This document shows positions 1 through 11,236 of a stretch of 64,000 nucleotides of DNA, piece after piece. The stretch spans positions 256,001-320,000 of the forward strand of contig OZ244044.1 in the NCBI GenBank assembly GCA_965215275.1. Reading direction: 5' to 3'. Origin of the DNA: Thermodesulfobacteriota bacterium. Its GTDB lineage: Bacteria > Desulfobacterota_D > UBA1144 > Nemesobacterales > JAJCZQ01. The translations under genes and the position numbers were made by a program. The stretch's first letter is position 1. Each line of letters starts with the position of its first letter. Under the pieces are notes generated by a model. It was not told the DNA's origin. It ran no database searches and worked only from the letters and a program-made list of their open reading frames with translations.

Positions 1-22
1 GATACCATATCTTACAAAGCAC

Positions 23-1882
23 GTGGTCGACAGTCATATATACCCCACGTGGGTCCTGTCAGACGGGAACGCGGACGGGGTCGTTCCGCTCGCCGGAAAA
101 TATCCCGATGAGATCATAAAGCTGAAGGACGGGAGCTACCTGATAAACGTCTCAAAGCTCGACAGCGTGGATAAGACGGATATCAGGAAGGGCAGCTTGT
201 CCCCGGAAGCAAAATACATCGTTTTCAACGGGTCCCATATAAGTCCCGAGAAAAAGACCAAGCTCCTTAACGTCTTTAAAGAAAATAAAGACGTATTTTA
301 CAACTCCGGAGAGATACACTATGCCAGGTTCGAGGACATCAGGTCCCTGTCGGGGAACGAAATAAGGCTTTTAAGGTCAGAGGACCACAGGCTTCTGAAA
401 AAATACGTCCTGTTGATATTTGCAAGTCTGCTTGGAGTTTTTATCTTTACCTCTGCTTTTACCTACCTTCTTTTTTATTCAGGACACGGGATAATGCACA
501 GTATCAGACAGGACGCCTTCTCCCATATCCTTGAACTCCCTCAGACGTTCTTTGACAGGAACCCCGTAGGAAGGGTGACCACAAGGGTAACGAACGACGT
601 TAAAGCGATAAACGAAATGTATACCTCCGTTCTGGTCCAGCTGGTCAAGGATATTCTGGTCATTATCGGGATCATCGCGATCATGTTCACAATGGACGTT
701 AAGCTGACCGCGGTCACGCTTTGCCTCACGACGTTCCTTATCATCGTGGCAGTGATGTTCAGGATGAGACTGAAGATCGTCTTCAGGAACATTCGCACTA
801 CCATAGGAAAGCTCAACTCCTTCGTACAGGAGAGCATTCAGGGAATAGCTCTTATAAAGCTCTACGGAAGGGATTACGAGAACTTTAAAAGGTTCAGCCT
901 TATAAACAAAGAGAACTACTCGGCAAATATGTCCCAGCTATGGGCTTATATAATGTTCAGACCCTTTATCGAATACATGAGTATACTCGGGGTCGCGGTC
1001 ATACTCTGGTTCGGCGGACGGGACGTGATAAGTCACGACCTTACACTGGGAGGCCTTATCGCCTTTCTGTACTACGTCAGAATGCTCTTTCATCCCATAC
1101 AGCACCTGTCGGAACGCTACACCGTTTTCCAGTCGGCTGCCGCTGCTTCGGAAAATCTTTATGACCTGATAAACGAACAGGTCGAAGAAAACGGAAGTAA
1201 GGAACCTTCGGCCTCATCTACTATAATAGAGTTCAAGAACGTCTGGTTTTCCTACGACGACAGGAACTGGGTACTGAAGAACGTCTCTTTTAAGATACGT
1301 CCGGGTGAGACGGTGGCCTTGGTAGGTCTGACCGGGTCGGGAAAGACGACCATAGTTAATCTTATCCTAAAATTTTACAAGATACAGAGAGGAGAGATAC
1401 TGTTTAACGGAATAAATATAAACGACGTTAACAACGATTTTCTTATGTCCAGGATCACTGCCATATTTCAGGACCTGTTCCTGTTCGGTAAAGACATTTC
1501 AGATGATCCGGTAGACTACAGGAAAGCCAGTTCGGAGTTCGGTTTGAACAGACGTATGAGCGAAGAGAACGTGCTGTCTTCAGGTGAGAACCAGCTGATC
1601 GCCTTTACAAAAGCACTCAATAAGGTATCTGACATCCTGATCATGGACGAGGCGACCTCGAACGTGGATGCCGAGACCGAAAAAAGGATACAGGAGATAA
1701 TAAAGGACCACGGAAGAAAGACCACCCTGGTCATAGCTCACAGGCTCTCGAACGTCCGCGGGGCTGACAGGATAATAGTTATTCATAAAGGGGAGATAGT
1801 GGAATCAGGGGATCACCAACAGCTTCTGAAGAACAAAGGGATATATCACACCTTACACAACTACCAGAAACACGTCCGGTAA
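23..1882 (+). CDS. ABC exporter, fused permease/ATP-binding (MsbA-like); 5' end probably outside the window
   Basis: TM domain with FFDRNPVGRVTTRVTND, Walker A GLTGSGKT, signature-like LSSGE, Walker B ILIMDEATS, H-loop IAHRLS. Confidence 0.9.
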   Translation: MVDSHIYPTWVLSDGNADGVVPLAGKYPDEIIKLKDGSYLINVSKLDSVDKTDIRKGSLSPEAKYIVFNGSHISPEKKTKLLNVFKENKDVFYNSGEIHYARFEDIRSLSGNEIRLLRSEDHRLLKKYVLLIFASLLGVFIFTSAFTYLLFYSGHGIMHSIRQDAFSHILELPQTFFDRNPVGRVTTRVTNDVKAINEMYTSVLVQLVKDILVIIGIIAIMFTMDVKLTAVTLCLTTFLIIVAVMFRMRLKIVFRNIRTTIGKLNSFVQESIQGIALIKLYGRDYENFKRFSLINKENYSANMSQLWAYIMFRPFIEYMSILGVAVILWFGGRDVISHDLTLGGLIAFLYYVRMLFHPIQHLSERYTVFQSAAAASENLYDLINEQVEENGSKEPSASSTIIEFKNVWFSYDDRNWVLKNVSFKIRPGETVALVGLTGSGKTTIVNLILKFYKIQRGEILFNGININDVNNDFLMSRITAIFQDLFLFGKDISDDPVDYRKASSEFGLNRRMSEENVLSSGENQLIAFTKALNKVSDILIMDEATSNVDAETEKRIQEIIKDHGRKTTLVIAHRLSNVRGADRIIVIHKGEIVESGDHQQLLKNKGIYHTLHNYQKHVR

Positions 1883-2066
1883 CTGTATACTCAAGTATCC
1901 AAATATAAGAATGTTGGTTATTTAGTTTTTTATTCTCTATTTACTGGATTTGCGGTTTTGTCTGTTTTTGTGATTCTACGGTTTTATGCTTACAAGTAGG
2001 AGATGAATTGACAACCTGCTGAATTTTCGGTTAAGTATGGGAGTTTAAAAATAGGAGGTAGTAACT

Positions 2067-2607
2067 ATGAAAAATCATTTTGTTCTTATTGGGGGGGGGG
2101 GTAATTATATCTTTGATTTTGATTTCAGGGTGTGCCAGACCAGCGGATTATAGAAAAATGGTCCCGGAGAGCGCTAGTTTGTTAAATAATCATGAAGCGA
2201 GCGTTAGGGTTGCAACAGAGGGTGGCAGGGGGACGTCTGCAATATGGGGAAGGTCACAAATAGACAATGAAGGTTTAAAGAAAGCAATTGAAATATCTGT
2301 AGAAAAATACGGTCTTTTCAAAGAAGTAATTAAAATAAATGGTTCTGATTATATACTGTCTGTTCAACTTTTAGCTCTTGACCAACCACTAGCTGGATTC
2401 AACATGCAAGTTAGAATGTCAACACTCTGGACTTTACTTAATAACGAAGAAGAAAAAATTTGGGAAAAGTTCATTGTATCTACTTACAAAGCTTCTTTTG
2501 GAGAATCTATTCTCGGTGTAGAGAGACTGAAAAAAGCAAATGAAGGTGCTGCCAGAGAAGTAATTAAAGAAGGGATAGAGGATATTTCCAAGCTGGATCT
2601 GAGGTAA
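2067..2607 (+). CDS. Lipoprotein frameshifted at a G11 tract (phase OFF)
   Basis: AGGAGG at 2053-2058 and ATG at 2067 (MKNHFVLI-GGG) run out of frame; removing one G joins them to VIISLILISG-C (lipobox) and the rest of ORF 2080..2607. Confidence 0.8.
2091..2101 (+). repeat. G11 homopolymer in signal-peptide coding region
   Basis: Counted directly. Confidence 0.95.
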
Positions 2608-2691
2608 ATTCTCTTATACGAAAAATATTTTCTATAATCCTTGCATCTATATGGTTTTCATAGATCATTAAGGTTTTTTAAGCCTATATGG

Positions 2692-3450
2692 TTAAAACAG
2701 ACCTAAAAGCCTGATCGAAATAACGGCCAGTGCAAGGGTGAAGAAATACCTTATGAACCTGTCCCCTTTTCTTACCGAGATCTTGGTCGCCCACCACGCA
2801 CCCGTGGTCGTGCCGGCGGCAAGGGCGATACCAAGGACCCAGTTCATGTTACCCGTAAGGATAAAGACCAGCAGTGCAGGAACGTTAATGCTCATGATCG
2901 CAAAGACCTTGTGCATGTTGGTCCTCACCAGATCAATGCACAGGGTCCTCTGAACAAGGGCGATAATTAAAAGCCCGATACCGACCTGTATGAAACCTCC
3001 GTAAAAACCAAGGATGAAAAATCCGGGGTATACAAGCCATGCAAACCCGTTATCAGAAGCGGCCTGCTGAAGCGTCTGCCTGGAGCGTGGAAGAAGTATC
3101 ATGATCATAACGCCTATAAGAACAAGCCCAAGTGCTTTTTTAAACACCTCGCCGCTGATCTCCGTGGCATATAAAGAACCAAGAATTGCCCCGGGTAGGG
3201 TCAGTAAAGCGTAAATATAGGTGTATTTCGTCTGATTTATATTCTCATGCCTGAAAGAAGCGGAGGCAGAAACGTTCTGAAGCATTATTGCAAGTCTGTT
3301 CGTGCCGTTCGCCATGATCGGGTCCACGCCAAGAAAGATCAGTGCAGGAAGGGTAATGCTCGACCCTCCACCTGCCGTAACGTTTAAAAAGGCGGCAAGA
3401 ACGCCTACAAAGAACAGTATTATGACCCCAAAGGTATCCACGAACTCCAT
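2692..3450 (-). CDS. TauE/SafE (TSUP) family membrane protein
   Basis: AGGGSSITLPAL, ANGTN and GFYGGFIQVGIG motifs; highly hydrophobic. Confidence 0.85.
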   Translation of the reverse strand: MEFVDTFGVIILFFVGVLAAFLNVTAGGGSSITLPALIFLGVDPIMANGTNRLAIMLQNVSASASFRHENINQTKYTYIYALLTLPGAILGSLYATEISGEVFKKALGLVLIGVMIMILLPRSRQTLQQAASDNGFAWLVYPGFFILGFYGGFIQVGIGLLIIALVQRTLCIDLVRTNMHKVFAIMSINVPALLVFILTGNMNWVLGIALAAGTTTGAWWATKISVRKGDRFIRYFFTLALAVISIRLLGLF

Positions 3451-3454
3451 TTAT

Positions 3455-4153
3455 CTACGCAACGTGCCTGTGTTCAACGGAATCAGCTCTGCCAATGACC
3501 AGGTCGTTCGTGGTCTTGATGAACAATCCGTGTTCTATGATCCCGGCTCTTTTTTCCAGTTTGATCGAAAGTCCCAACGGGTCGGATATGACCCCGAAGT
3601 CACAGTCAAGTATACAGTTACCCTGATCGGTCCTGAAGACCTCTCCATCGGCACTTTTTCTGAGCTGAACCTTTGCACCCAGGGAATCAAGGTATAAGGC
3701 CTCCATATGATACCCGAAGGGCAGGACTTCCACCGGCAGATGCCATTTCTCGCCCAGTTTATCGGAAAATTTACTCTGGTCAACGACAACGACGTTCCGC
3801 TTGCTGTTCTGTGCCATTATCTTCTCTCTGAGAAGGGCTCCTCCGCCACCTTTGATCAGGTTATGATCGGCATCGACCTCATCGGCACCGTCTATGTTTA
3901 TATCTATTCCATTAACGCCGTTGATATCGGACAGCCTGATCCCGAACCTGGAAGCGAATTTTTCCGTCCTGATCGAACTGGGAATAAAAACAAGACCGGA
4001 CAGCCTTTCTGTATCCAGTCTTTTAGCTATTTCTTCCATAACAAGCTCGGCGGTGTTCCCCGTTCCAAGTCCAACTACCATCCCCGGTTCAATAAGATCA
4101 ACTGTGAACTCAGCAAGTCTGTGCTTGATTTTCAAAAGGTCATTTTCCACCAT
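3455..4153 (-). CDS. rpiA: Ribose-5-phosphate isomerase A
   Basis: GLGTG, IDGADEVD, LIKGGGGALLREK. Confidence 0.95.
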   Translation of the reverse strand: MVENDLLKIKHRLAEFTVDLIEPGMVVGLGTGNTAELVMEEIAKRLDTERLSGLVFIPSSIRTEKFASRFGIRLSDINGVNGIDINIDGADEVDADHNLIKGGGGALLREKIMAQNSKRNVVVVDQSKFSDKLGEKWHLPVEVLPFGYHMEALYLDSLGAKVQLRKSADGEVFRTDQGNCILDCDFGVISDPLGLSIKLEKRAGIIEHGLFIKTTNDLVIGRADSVEHRHVA

Positions 4154-4209
4154 GAAGAGTTATTTTACTTGAAGCCTTATCCTGTCGGCAATTATATCCG
4201 GTATTAATC

Positions 4210-5925
4210 TTACACCAGCTTTGCGACCTTGTTCAATCCCGTCTCAACGCCGTCAAGCAGTTCTATCCTTGCAACGCTTCGTCCCATGGTCCTCAGTGTA
4301 AAATAATCTCCAAGCGACTGTGACCTGAACAACGTCCCGAAGGTAACCGAAGAACTGTCGGATAAAGGATTATCAGGGATCGGCAGGTCGATACCAGTGC
4401 TTGATACTAGCTGAATAAAAATCCCTTTTCCTCCGTCCCCTTTGTGCATCTGTCCGGTCGAGTGAAGATACCTGGGACCAAATCCAAAAGTTACGGGTAT
4501 TCTGAATTTCATGGACAGACGTTCTGTCAAACTGCCCAAAAGACTTTCGTACTTGAGAGACGGTGAGATAAAAGCCTGAACGCTCAGGTAGCTTCCCTTT
4601 TCACCTGTTTTATGAAAAAGCCATTTTTTAAATCCTTCGATATCACTAAGGTCGGTATTGGAAAAAAATCTCATTCCCTGATATTCGAACAGGGGGTCAT
4701 CATCCAGCATAGTGCCGTTCTTTAGATATTCGTTCAGAAAATCCTTTGCATACCTTTTCGAATGCTCGACGTCAGGCTGGTCAAATGGATTTATCCTGAG
4801 CTTGGCACCACATACCGCCGTTGCGAACTCCCAGCTGAATATCTGCCGGCCGAAATCGTACAGATCGTCTATCTCGATACATACTGCCGGTATGTTCCTG
4901 CTTAAAACGGACGCCAGCTGATTTTGCAGGCCTTCATCGCCACTTTCCTTAAGGAACAGAAAGAACCTGTCCTGTCCATATTCCCTGTCGGCGGAAAACC
5001 CGCTTTCTATAACGGGCAGTACCCCCACCCCGCTCTTGCCAAGGCTTTCGGCTATAAGCTGTTCCACCCAGCAGGCAAAGTGTCTGATGCTTTGCGAAGT
5101 AATGATCGTCATTTTATCTATGTTCTGCTTGGCAAAGTACCCGATCAGCAAACCGAGCCTAAGGGGGATATTTTTATCAGTATCGTTCAGGGTGGTTGAA
5201 ACGGCACAGCTTTTTGCAGAGCTGAGCAGTTTTTTCAGGTTCATCCCTATAAGTGAAGCAGGAACGAGCCCGAAGAAAGAAAGCGCGGAAAAGCGTCCGC
5301 CTACGTCAGGGTCGTTCAGGAATACTTTTCTGAAATCAAGGAGCCTGGCGGTTTTCTGCAGATCTGACCCGGGGTCGGTAATCGCCACGAAATTGCCACC
5401 TACCCTGTCCCTCCCCAGTGCTTTACAAAACCGGCGATAAAAATATTTCATCAAGGACAGGGTCTCGACCGTTGTACCTGATTTTGTTGAAACGACCACC
5501 AGGGTCTTACCTGGTTCTATGGAACTTTCAATGTTACTTATGGCGTCCGGAGAGGTCGTGTCGACCACCGTAAGTGACGGATAACCTTTACTGGAAAAAC
5601 TTTTTTCAAAAAATTCAGACGCCAGACTTGATCCTCCCATACCAATAAGTAATACCTTGGTAAACCCTTCATCAAATACCTTTTCAGCAAATTCCTCAAT
5701 GGGACCAACTGCATCTGTCATGGAACCCGGAAGATCCAGCCATCCGAGCCTGTTCGAGATCTCATCCGGCTTATCCTGCCATAATCCATGGTCCTTTGAC
5801 CATATGTCACAAGGAAGATCTTGTGGAACTGCTCTGGAAAGTTCGTTGTTAAAGGGACCCGTATGGATATTCAGATATTCAGAGTATCCACAGCAGGAAA
5901 AGGAAGCATCAGGTCGAAGGTTCAT
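4210..5925 (-). CDS. pgi: Glucose-6-phosphate isomerase (type resembling the PGI half of Tal-Pgi fusions)
   Basis: GMGGSSL, KSGTTVET, DVGGRFSALS, EQLIAESLGK, INPFDQPDVE, GPRYLHSTGQMHKG. Confidence 0.85.
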   Translation of the reverse strand: MNLRPDASFSCCGYSEYLNIHTGPFNNELSRAVPQDLPCDIWSKDHGLWQDKPDEISNRLGWLDLPGSMTDAVGPIEEFAEKVFDEGFTKVLLIGMGGSSLASEFFEKSFSSKGYPSLTVVDTTSPDAISNIESSIEPGKTLVVVSTKSGTTVETLSLMKYFYRRFCKALGRDRVGGNFVAITDPGSDLQKTARLLDFRKVFLNDPDVGGRFSALSFFGLVPASLIGMNLKKLLSSAKSCAVSTTLNDTDKNIPLRLGLLIGYFAKQNIDKMTIITSQSIRHFACWVEQLIAESLGKSGVGVLPVIESGFSADREYGQDRFFLFLKESGDEGLQNQLASVLSRNIPAVCIEIDDLYDFGRQIFSWEFATAVCGAKLRINPFDQPDVEHSKRYAKDFLNEYLKNGTMLDDDPLFEYQGMRFFSNTDLSDIEGFKKWLFHKTGEKGSYLSVQAFISPSLKYESLLGSLTERLSMKFRIPVTFGFGPRYLHSTGQMHKGDGGKGIFIQLVSSTGIDLPIPDNPLSDSSSVTFGTLFRSQSLGDYFTLRTMGRSVARIELLDGVETGLNKVAKLV

Positions 5926-7930
5926 CAGAGATCACCTCTTTCGCCTCGCGGTAGAGATCGTCAACGGTGAAGCCGAACTCTTTCATCAGGTCACTGCAGG
6001 GAGCGGATTCACCAAACCGGTCAATGCCGAATGCCCTGCCCTGCCCGCTCGAACCAACGTATCTCTCCCAGCCGAACGTAGACGCTGCTTCGATCGACAG
6101 ACGTTTGCTGACGTCAGAAGGCAGCACGGTCTCTTTATACCGTTCTGACTGCCTTTCAAAAATATCCCAGCATGGAAGACTTACCACCCGTGAAGGTATT
6201 CCTTCTTCTTTCAGCCTTTCGTACACTCCGAGGCAGAGGGTTACCTCCGAGCCGGTGGAAATAATTATTATTTCGGGTCTTTCGTCCGAATCCGCTATGA
6301 TATAACCTCCTTTCAAGGCCCCTTCGGCAGAACGGTATCTCTTTCTGTCTATCACGGGCACGTTCTGTCTGGTAAGGACAAAGACCACGGGACGACCTTT
6401 TGTTCTTACGGCATGCTTCCAGAGGACCGAAAGTTCATTTGCATCAGCGGGCCTGATCACGTCTATATTAGGTACAGCCCGCAGAGAGGCCAGGTGTTCA
6501 ACGGGTTGATGCGTCGGACCATCTTCCCCTAAAAATATGCTGTCGTGGGTAAATATATATATGACCTGTAAGTTCATTAACGCGGACAGTCGCAAGGCGG
6601 GCTTCAGGTAATCGGAAAATATAAAGTACGTTGAGGCATAGGGGATAAGTTTGCTGAGGGCCATGCCATTTGCTATTGCTGCCATTGCGTGTTCTCTAAT
6701 GCCGAAATGCAAGTTACGCCCGCCGGGATCGTTCTTTGAATTGCTTGTGAACTCGTCAATTAAAGTGTTCGTGGAAGAACCAACGTCAGAAGCACCTCCC
6801 AGCATCCATTTTATACGTTTTGACACGGCCTTCATGATCCTGTTGTTGGACTTTCTGGTAGCTGTGCCTTTTTCGTCCGGGGGGAAGACCGGTATTTCAT
6901 CGTCCCAGCCTTCGGGAAGTTCTCTTTTTTGAATAAGTTCGAACTCATGAGCAAGCTGCGAATACCTGCTGGAATACTCTTCGAACGACCGGTCCCAGGT
7001 CTGCTGCTGCCTGTGCCCGGCGTCAATGACCTTATCCCGGTACAGCCTGACCTCATCCGTGATCTGGAATACCTCATCAGGGTTTAATCCATAAAACTGT
7101 TTGGTCAGTGCCACCTCCTCTTCCCCCAAAGGCGCTCCATGAGCCTCACACCTGCCCTGCTTGTTCGGACTGCCGTAAGCGATCTGGCTGTCGACCACCA
7201 CAAGGGACGGACGGTCAGTTTCATCCCTTGCCAGTTCTATCGCCCTGTCAAGTTTCTGCAGGTCGTTCGCATCATCAACGCTCTGCGTGTGCCAGTTGTA
7301 AGACTGAAATCTTTTTACCACGTCTTCCGAGAACGCAAGGGACGTTTCTCCCTCAATGGTAACTTCATTGTTGTCGTATATCCAGATGACGTTACCAAGC
7401 CCAAGGTGGCCGGCCAGGGAAGCGGCCTCGGACGTAATACCTTCCATAACGTCCCCATCGCTGAGTATGGAGTAAATACGGTAATTTATGATCTCATAAC
7501 CGGGCCTGTTAAAATAGCTTGCAAGCCATTTTTCGGCAATTCCCATTCCGACCGAGACGGCAGCACCCTGTCCGAGCGGACCAGTCGTTGTCTCGACCCC
7601 CGGTATAAGTCCGAATTCAGGATGACCCGCACATCTGCTGTGAAGCCGTCTGAACTCCTTTATTTCCTCCAGACCCACATCGTAACCGTATATATGCAAA
7701 ATACTGTAAAGCAGCATTGAAGCATGACCGGCGGACAGAACGAAACGGTCCCTGTTCGCCCAGTCAGGATTTGCGGGATTATGGGCGATGAACCTGTCCC
7801 AAAGTTTGAATGCGACAGGGGCAAGGGATACAGGCGTTCCCGGATGCCCCGAGCTTGCCTTCTGAACTGCATCCATTGACAGTGCCCTTATACAGTTAAT
7901 AACCGATCTTTCTAGGTCCGGAGCGTTCAT
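5909..7930 (-). CDS. tkt: Transketolase
   Basis: SGHPG, RDRFVLSAGH, GDVMEG TPP motif, THDSIFLGEDGPTHQP. Confidence 0.97.
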   Translation of the reverse strand: MNAPDLERSVINCIRALSMDAVQKASSGHPGTPVSLAPVAFKLWDRFIAHNPANPDWANRDRFVLSAGHASMLLYSILHIYGYDVGLEEIKEFRRLHSRCAGHPEFGLIPGVETTTGPLGQGAAVSVGMGIAEKWLASYFNRPGYEIINYRIYSILSDGDVMEGITSEAASLAGHLGLGNVIWIYDNNEVTIEGETSLAFSEDVVKRFQSYNWHTQSVDDANDLQKLDRAIELARDETDRPSLVVVDSQIAYGSPNKQGRCEAHGAPLGEEEVALTKQFYGLNPDEVFQITDEVRLYRDKVIDAGHRQQQTWDRSFEEYSSRYSQLAHEFELIQKRELPEGWDDEIPVFPPDEKGTATRKSNNRIMKAVSKRIKWMLGGASDVGSSTNTLIDEFTSNSKNDPGGRNLHFGIREHAMAAIANGMALSKLIPYASTYFIFSDYLKPALRLSALMNLQVIYIFTHDSIFLGEDGPTHQPVEHLASLRAVPNIDVIRPADANELSVLWKHAVRTKGRPVVFVLTRQNVPVIDRKRYRSAEGALKGGYIIADSDERPEIIIISTGSEVTLCLGVYERLKEEGIPSRVVSLPCWDIFERQSERYKETVLPSDVSKRLSIEAASTFGWERYVGSSGQGRAFGIDRFGESAPCSDLMKEFGFTVDDLYREAKEVISDEPST

Positions 7931-8078
7931 TTTCAACCTTTGACAGTTACCTGAGAAGAATAAAAGATAGAAATAGTAAATAATCTAACTTGAATAGACA
8001 ACATATACGACGAATTTATTGCAAAAAAGGTCCTTACCCGTCCTTTTATCCAGACAGGTCCGCACCGTGGACTTATCT

Positions 8079-8864
8079 CTAATTGTTCAGTATCTGGCTG
8101 AGGAACAGTTTGGTCCTTTCATGCCGGGGATCAAGGAAAAAGCTTTCAGGGTCGTTTTCTTCGATTATCTCCCCTCCGTCCATAAATATGACGCGGTCGC
8201 TGACCTTTCTGGCAAATCCCATCTCGTGGGTCACGCATATCATCGTTATACCTTCACTGGCAAGCTGTACCATGACCTCCAGCACTTCCTGTATCATTTC
8301 AGGGTCCAGGGCCGAGGTGGGTTCATCGAACAGCATGATCCGGGGATTCATGCAGAGACTTCGTGCGATCGCGACCCTTTGCTGCTGACCGCCGGACAGC
8401 TGTCCCGGATATTTATTTGCCTGTTCGGGTATCTTGACCCTCTCCAGATACTGCATCGCCGTCTTTTTTGCCTTGGCAAGAGGCATTTTACGAACCCAGA
8501 CAGGGGCAAGGGTGCAGTTCTCCAGAACGGTCAGGTGAGGGAACAGGTTGAAATGCTGAAAGACCATTCCCACTTCACGCCGAATGACCTCGATATTCTT
8601 CAGATCGCGGGTCAGCTCTATCCCGTCAACCACTATACTTCCCCTCTGATGCTCCTCAAGACGGTTAATACATCTGATAACGGTCGACTTACCCGAACCG
8701 GACGGTCCGCAGATAACTATCTTCTCACCATGTCTGATCTTAAGATTAATGTTCTTTAACACGTGGAACCGGCCGTACCATTTATGCATTCCCTGAATTA
8801 CGATCGCATGATCCTTCAGGTCCGTACCTGTTTTTTCCTGATCTGAACTTGTCCGTTCTTTCAT
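8079..8864 (-). CDS. Amino-acid ABC transporter ATP-binding protein (AapP/BztD-like)
   Basis: [33 protein letters not shown]. Confidence 0.93.
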   Translation of the reverse strand: MKERTSSDQEKTGTDLKDHAIVIQGMHKWYGRFHVLKNINLKIRHGEKIVICGPSGSGKSTVIRCINRLEEHQRGSIVVDGIELTRDLKNIEVIRREVGMVFQHFNLFPHLTVLENCTLAPVWVRKMPLAKAKKTAMQYLERVKIPEQANKYPGQLSGGQQQRVAIARSLCMNPRIMLFDEPTSALDPEMIQEVLEVMVQLASEGITMICVTHEMGFARKVSDRVIFMDGGEIIEENDPESFFLDPRHERTKLFLSQILNN

Positions 8865-8878
8865 CGTATATGTTCTCC

Positions 8879-9994
8879 TTATTGTTTGTGGTCGGTCTTC
8901 AGTTTATTTTCCAGATAAAGCGAATACCTGGACATGCCGAAACAGGAAATAAAAAAGAACACGGCCACGAAAAGGTAAACTTCACTGGAAAGTCCCGTCC
9001 ATTTTGGGTCGGCCAGAGACGCCCTTCCGATGCCCAGAGGGTCCAGTAAACCGATAATAATCACCAGTGTTGTATCCTTATACAGTCCGATAAATGTATT
9101 TACTATGCCCGGTATTGATATCTTCAGTGCCTGAGGAAGTATTATCAGACGTACTGCGGACCAGTATTTCAGGCCCAGTGCGTCCGCTGCTTCGAACTGC
9201 CCTTTGGGTATTGCCTGAAGTCCACCTCTGATGACCTCGGCCATATAAGCCGACGCGAACAGCGTGACCATGATCAGCACGCGAAGCAGAAGGTCAAAGG
9301 TCACTCCCGGAGGAAGGAAATAATTAAGCATCGTTGAAGCCACGAACAGAAGGGTTATCAGCGGAACCCCTCTTATAAACTCTATGAACAATACCGAAAA
9401 TATACGGATTATCGGCATATCGGACTGACGACCCAGGGCCAGTAAAATACCAAGCGGAAGAGAAAAGGCGATCCCGGTCACACCGATAATGAGAGTAAGC
9501 ATAAAACCGCTGAACTGATCGGTCTCAACTGCGTTCAGTCCAAATCCTCCGCACAGAAGCCATGCTGCAACCAGTGGAAAAGCAGCTGCAAAGTAAAGGA
9601 AGTACTTACGGTAAGGCACTCTGTCGAACAGAATGGGAACAAGAACGACTATAAGCAGTATGAAAGACAGATCGACCCTCCAGCGCTCTGCAGCGGGATA
9701 AAAGCCGTATATAAAAAGGTTAAGCCGCTCACTTATGAACGCCCAGCAGGCCCCACCTGCCTTGGAACGACATTCGTCCCGGCTCTCCCCCGTGTACGCG
9801 GCATCAAGGAACAGCCAGTCTATAAGTGAAGGAACGACCTCTATCAGCAGCCAGATAGACAGTACCGTGATAACTATATTGGTGACGGAGGACAGCAGGT
9901 TTTTCCTTATCCAGCCGTAAACGCCCGTTGTACTTGCCGGAGGAGGAAGATCGGGATACTCTCCGATCTTATAACTATTCTGATCCGCTGCCAT
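8879..9994 (-). CDS. Amino-acid ABC permease (AapM/BztC-like)
   Basis: [32 protein letters not shown]. Confidence 0.92.
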   Translation of the reverse strand: MAADQNSYKIGEYPDLPPPASTTGVYGWIRKNLLSSVTNIVITVLSIWLLIEVVPSLIDWLFLDAAYTGESRDECRSKAGGACWAFISERLNLFIYGFYPAAERWRVDLSFILLIVVLVPILFDRVPYRKYFLYFAAAFPLVAAWLLCGGFGLNAVETDQFSGFMLTLIIGVTGIAFSLPLGILLALGRQSDMPIIRIFSVLFIEFIRGVPLITLLFVASTMLNYFLPPGVTFDLLLRVLIMVTLFASAYMAEVIRGGLQAIPKGQFEAADALGLKYWSAVRLIILPQALKISIPGIVNTFIGLYKDTTLVIIIGLLDPLGIGRASLADPKWTGLSSEVYLFVAVFFFISCFGMSRYSLYLENKLKTDHKQ

Positions 9995-9997
9995 ATT

Positions 9998-11176
9998 TTA
10001 ACGTTCCACCAGTTTGATCCGTTTATTGTACAAGTTCATAGTTCCTGATATTAAAAGGGATAATACAAGGTACAGAAGCAGTACGATGATCATGGACTCC
10101 ATCTCCCTGCCCGTCTGGTTCAGTGATATCCCGCCTATGGTAGCGACTATGTCCATATAGCCGATCGCGATGGCAAGGGACGAGTTCTTTGTAATATTGA
10201 GGTACTGACTGGTCAAGGGGGGCACTATCACTCTGAGCGCCTGGGGAATAATGACCAGGCTGAGGGTGTTGCTCCTGCTTATTCCAAGCGATAAGGATGC
10301 CTCCGTCTGCCCGTAGTCAACGGCTACTATACCGGACCTGACTATCTCCCCTATAAACGCGGCCGTGTACAGAGAAAGTGAAAGCCAGAGCGCGATGAAC
10401 TCAGGCCTGAGCACCATACCTCCCTCAAAGTTGAACCTCTGGAACTCAGGTATATCCCACGTGATCGGACTTCCCAGCAGAAAATAAGACAGTAGCGGAA
10501 GACCCAGTATTGCTCCCAGGCATATCCAGAATACCGGATACTGCTTCCCGGTTCCATCCTGGACCTTCTGTGCATATCTGCGGAACCATATCGTAAATAC
10601 GACCCCCGCTGCACACAGAGCTAAAACCACCAGGAACAAGGGTTCGAACAACGGTTTGGGAGTGAACAGACCTCGATTGGTCAGAAACGCCAGATCACCA
10701 AGGCTATCGGCCTGTCTCGGCACGGGTAAAGTATGTACGATGATCCCGTACACCAGAAGTATATGGAGCAGCACGGGAACGTTCCTGACGTACTCGATGT
10801 ATACCTGTGCCAGTCTGCTGGCAAGCCAGTTCTTGGATAAACGCAGCACGCCCAGAGTGAATCCCAGGATGGTCGACGCGACAATACCGCTCACTGCCAC
10901 CAGCAAGGTATTGAGAATTCCCACCAGCATGGCACGGAAGTGAGTGGAGCGGGAGTTGTACTCTATTAGATGCTGATTAATATCGTAACTTGAAGATTGC
11001 CATAAATAATCAAAGCTGAACCCTTTACCTATGGCCTCAAGGTTTATGACGGCGTTTCGGATCAGATAGACGGAGAAACCGAAGATCAGAGATATCGTGA
11101 TTATCTGAATGATGACGGAATGGGACTTTTCATCCCTCCACAGTCTGGAAAATATATTCCGGTTAGGTGTGCTCAT
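9998..11176 (-). CDS. Amino-acid ABC permease (AapQ/BztB-like)
   Basis: YVRNVPVLL, PPLTSQYLNITKNSSLAIAIGY. Confidence 0.92.
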   Translation of the reverse strand: MSTPNRNIFSRLWRDEKSHSVIIQIITISLIFGFSVYLIRNAVINLEAIGKGFSFDYLWQSSSYDINQHLIEYNSRSTHFRAMLVGILNTLLVAVSGIVASTILGFTLGVLRLSKNWLASRLAQVYIEYVRNVPVLLHILLVYGIIVHTLPVPRQADSLGDLAFLTNRGLFTPKPLFEPLFLVVLALCAAGVVFTIWFRRYAQKVQDGTGKQYPVFWICLGAILGLPLLSYFLLGSPITWDIPEFQRFNFEGGMVLRPEFIALWLSLSLYTAAFIGEIVRSGIVAVDYGQTEASLSLGISRSNTLSLVIIPQALRVIVPPLTSQYLNITKNSSLAIAIGYMDIVATIGGISLNQTGREMESMIIVLLLYLVLSLLISGTMNLYNKRIKLVER

Positions 11177-11236
11177 TGTACTGAAGACTCGATCTTATTT
11201 TCCAAAATGTGCCTTGTTTATCTCTTCTGTAACCGG

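Noticed and set aside
7139..8759. Long antisense ORFs (7139..7720, 8019..8759) and similar short ORF-track entries
   Set aside because: They lie opposite well-supported genes and have no recognisable motifs, so they are shadow ORFs
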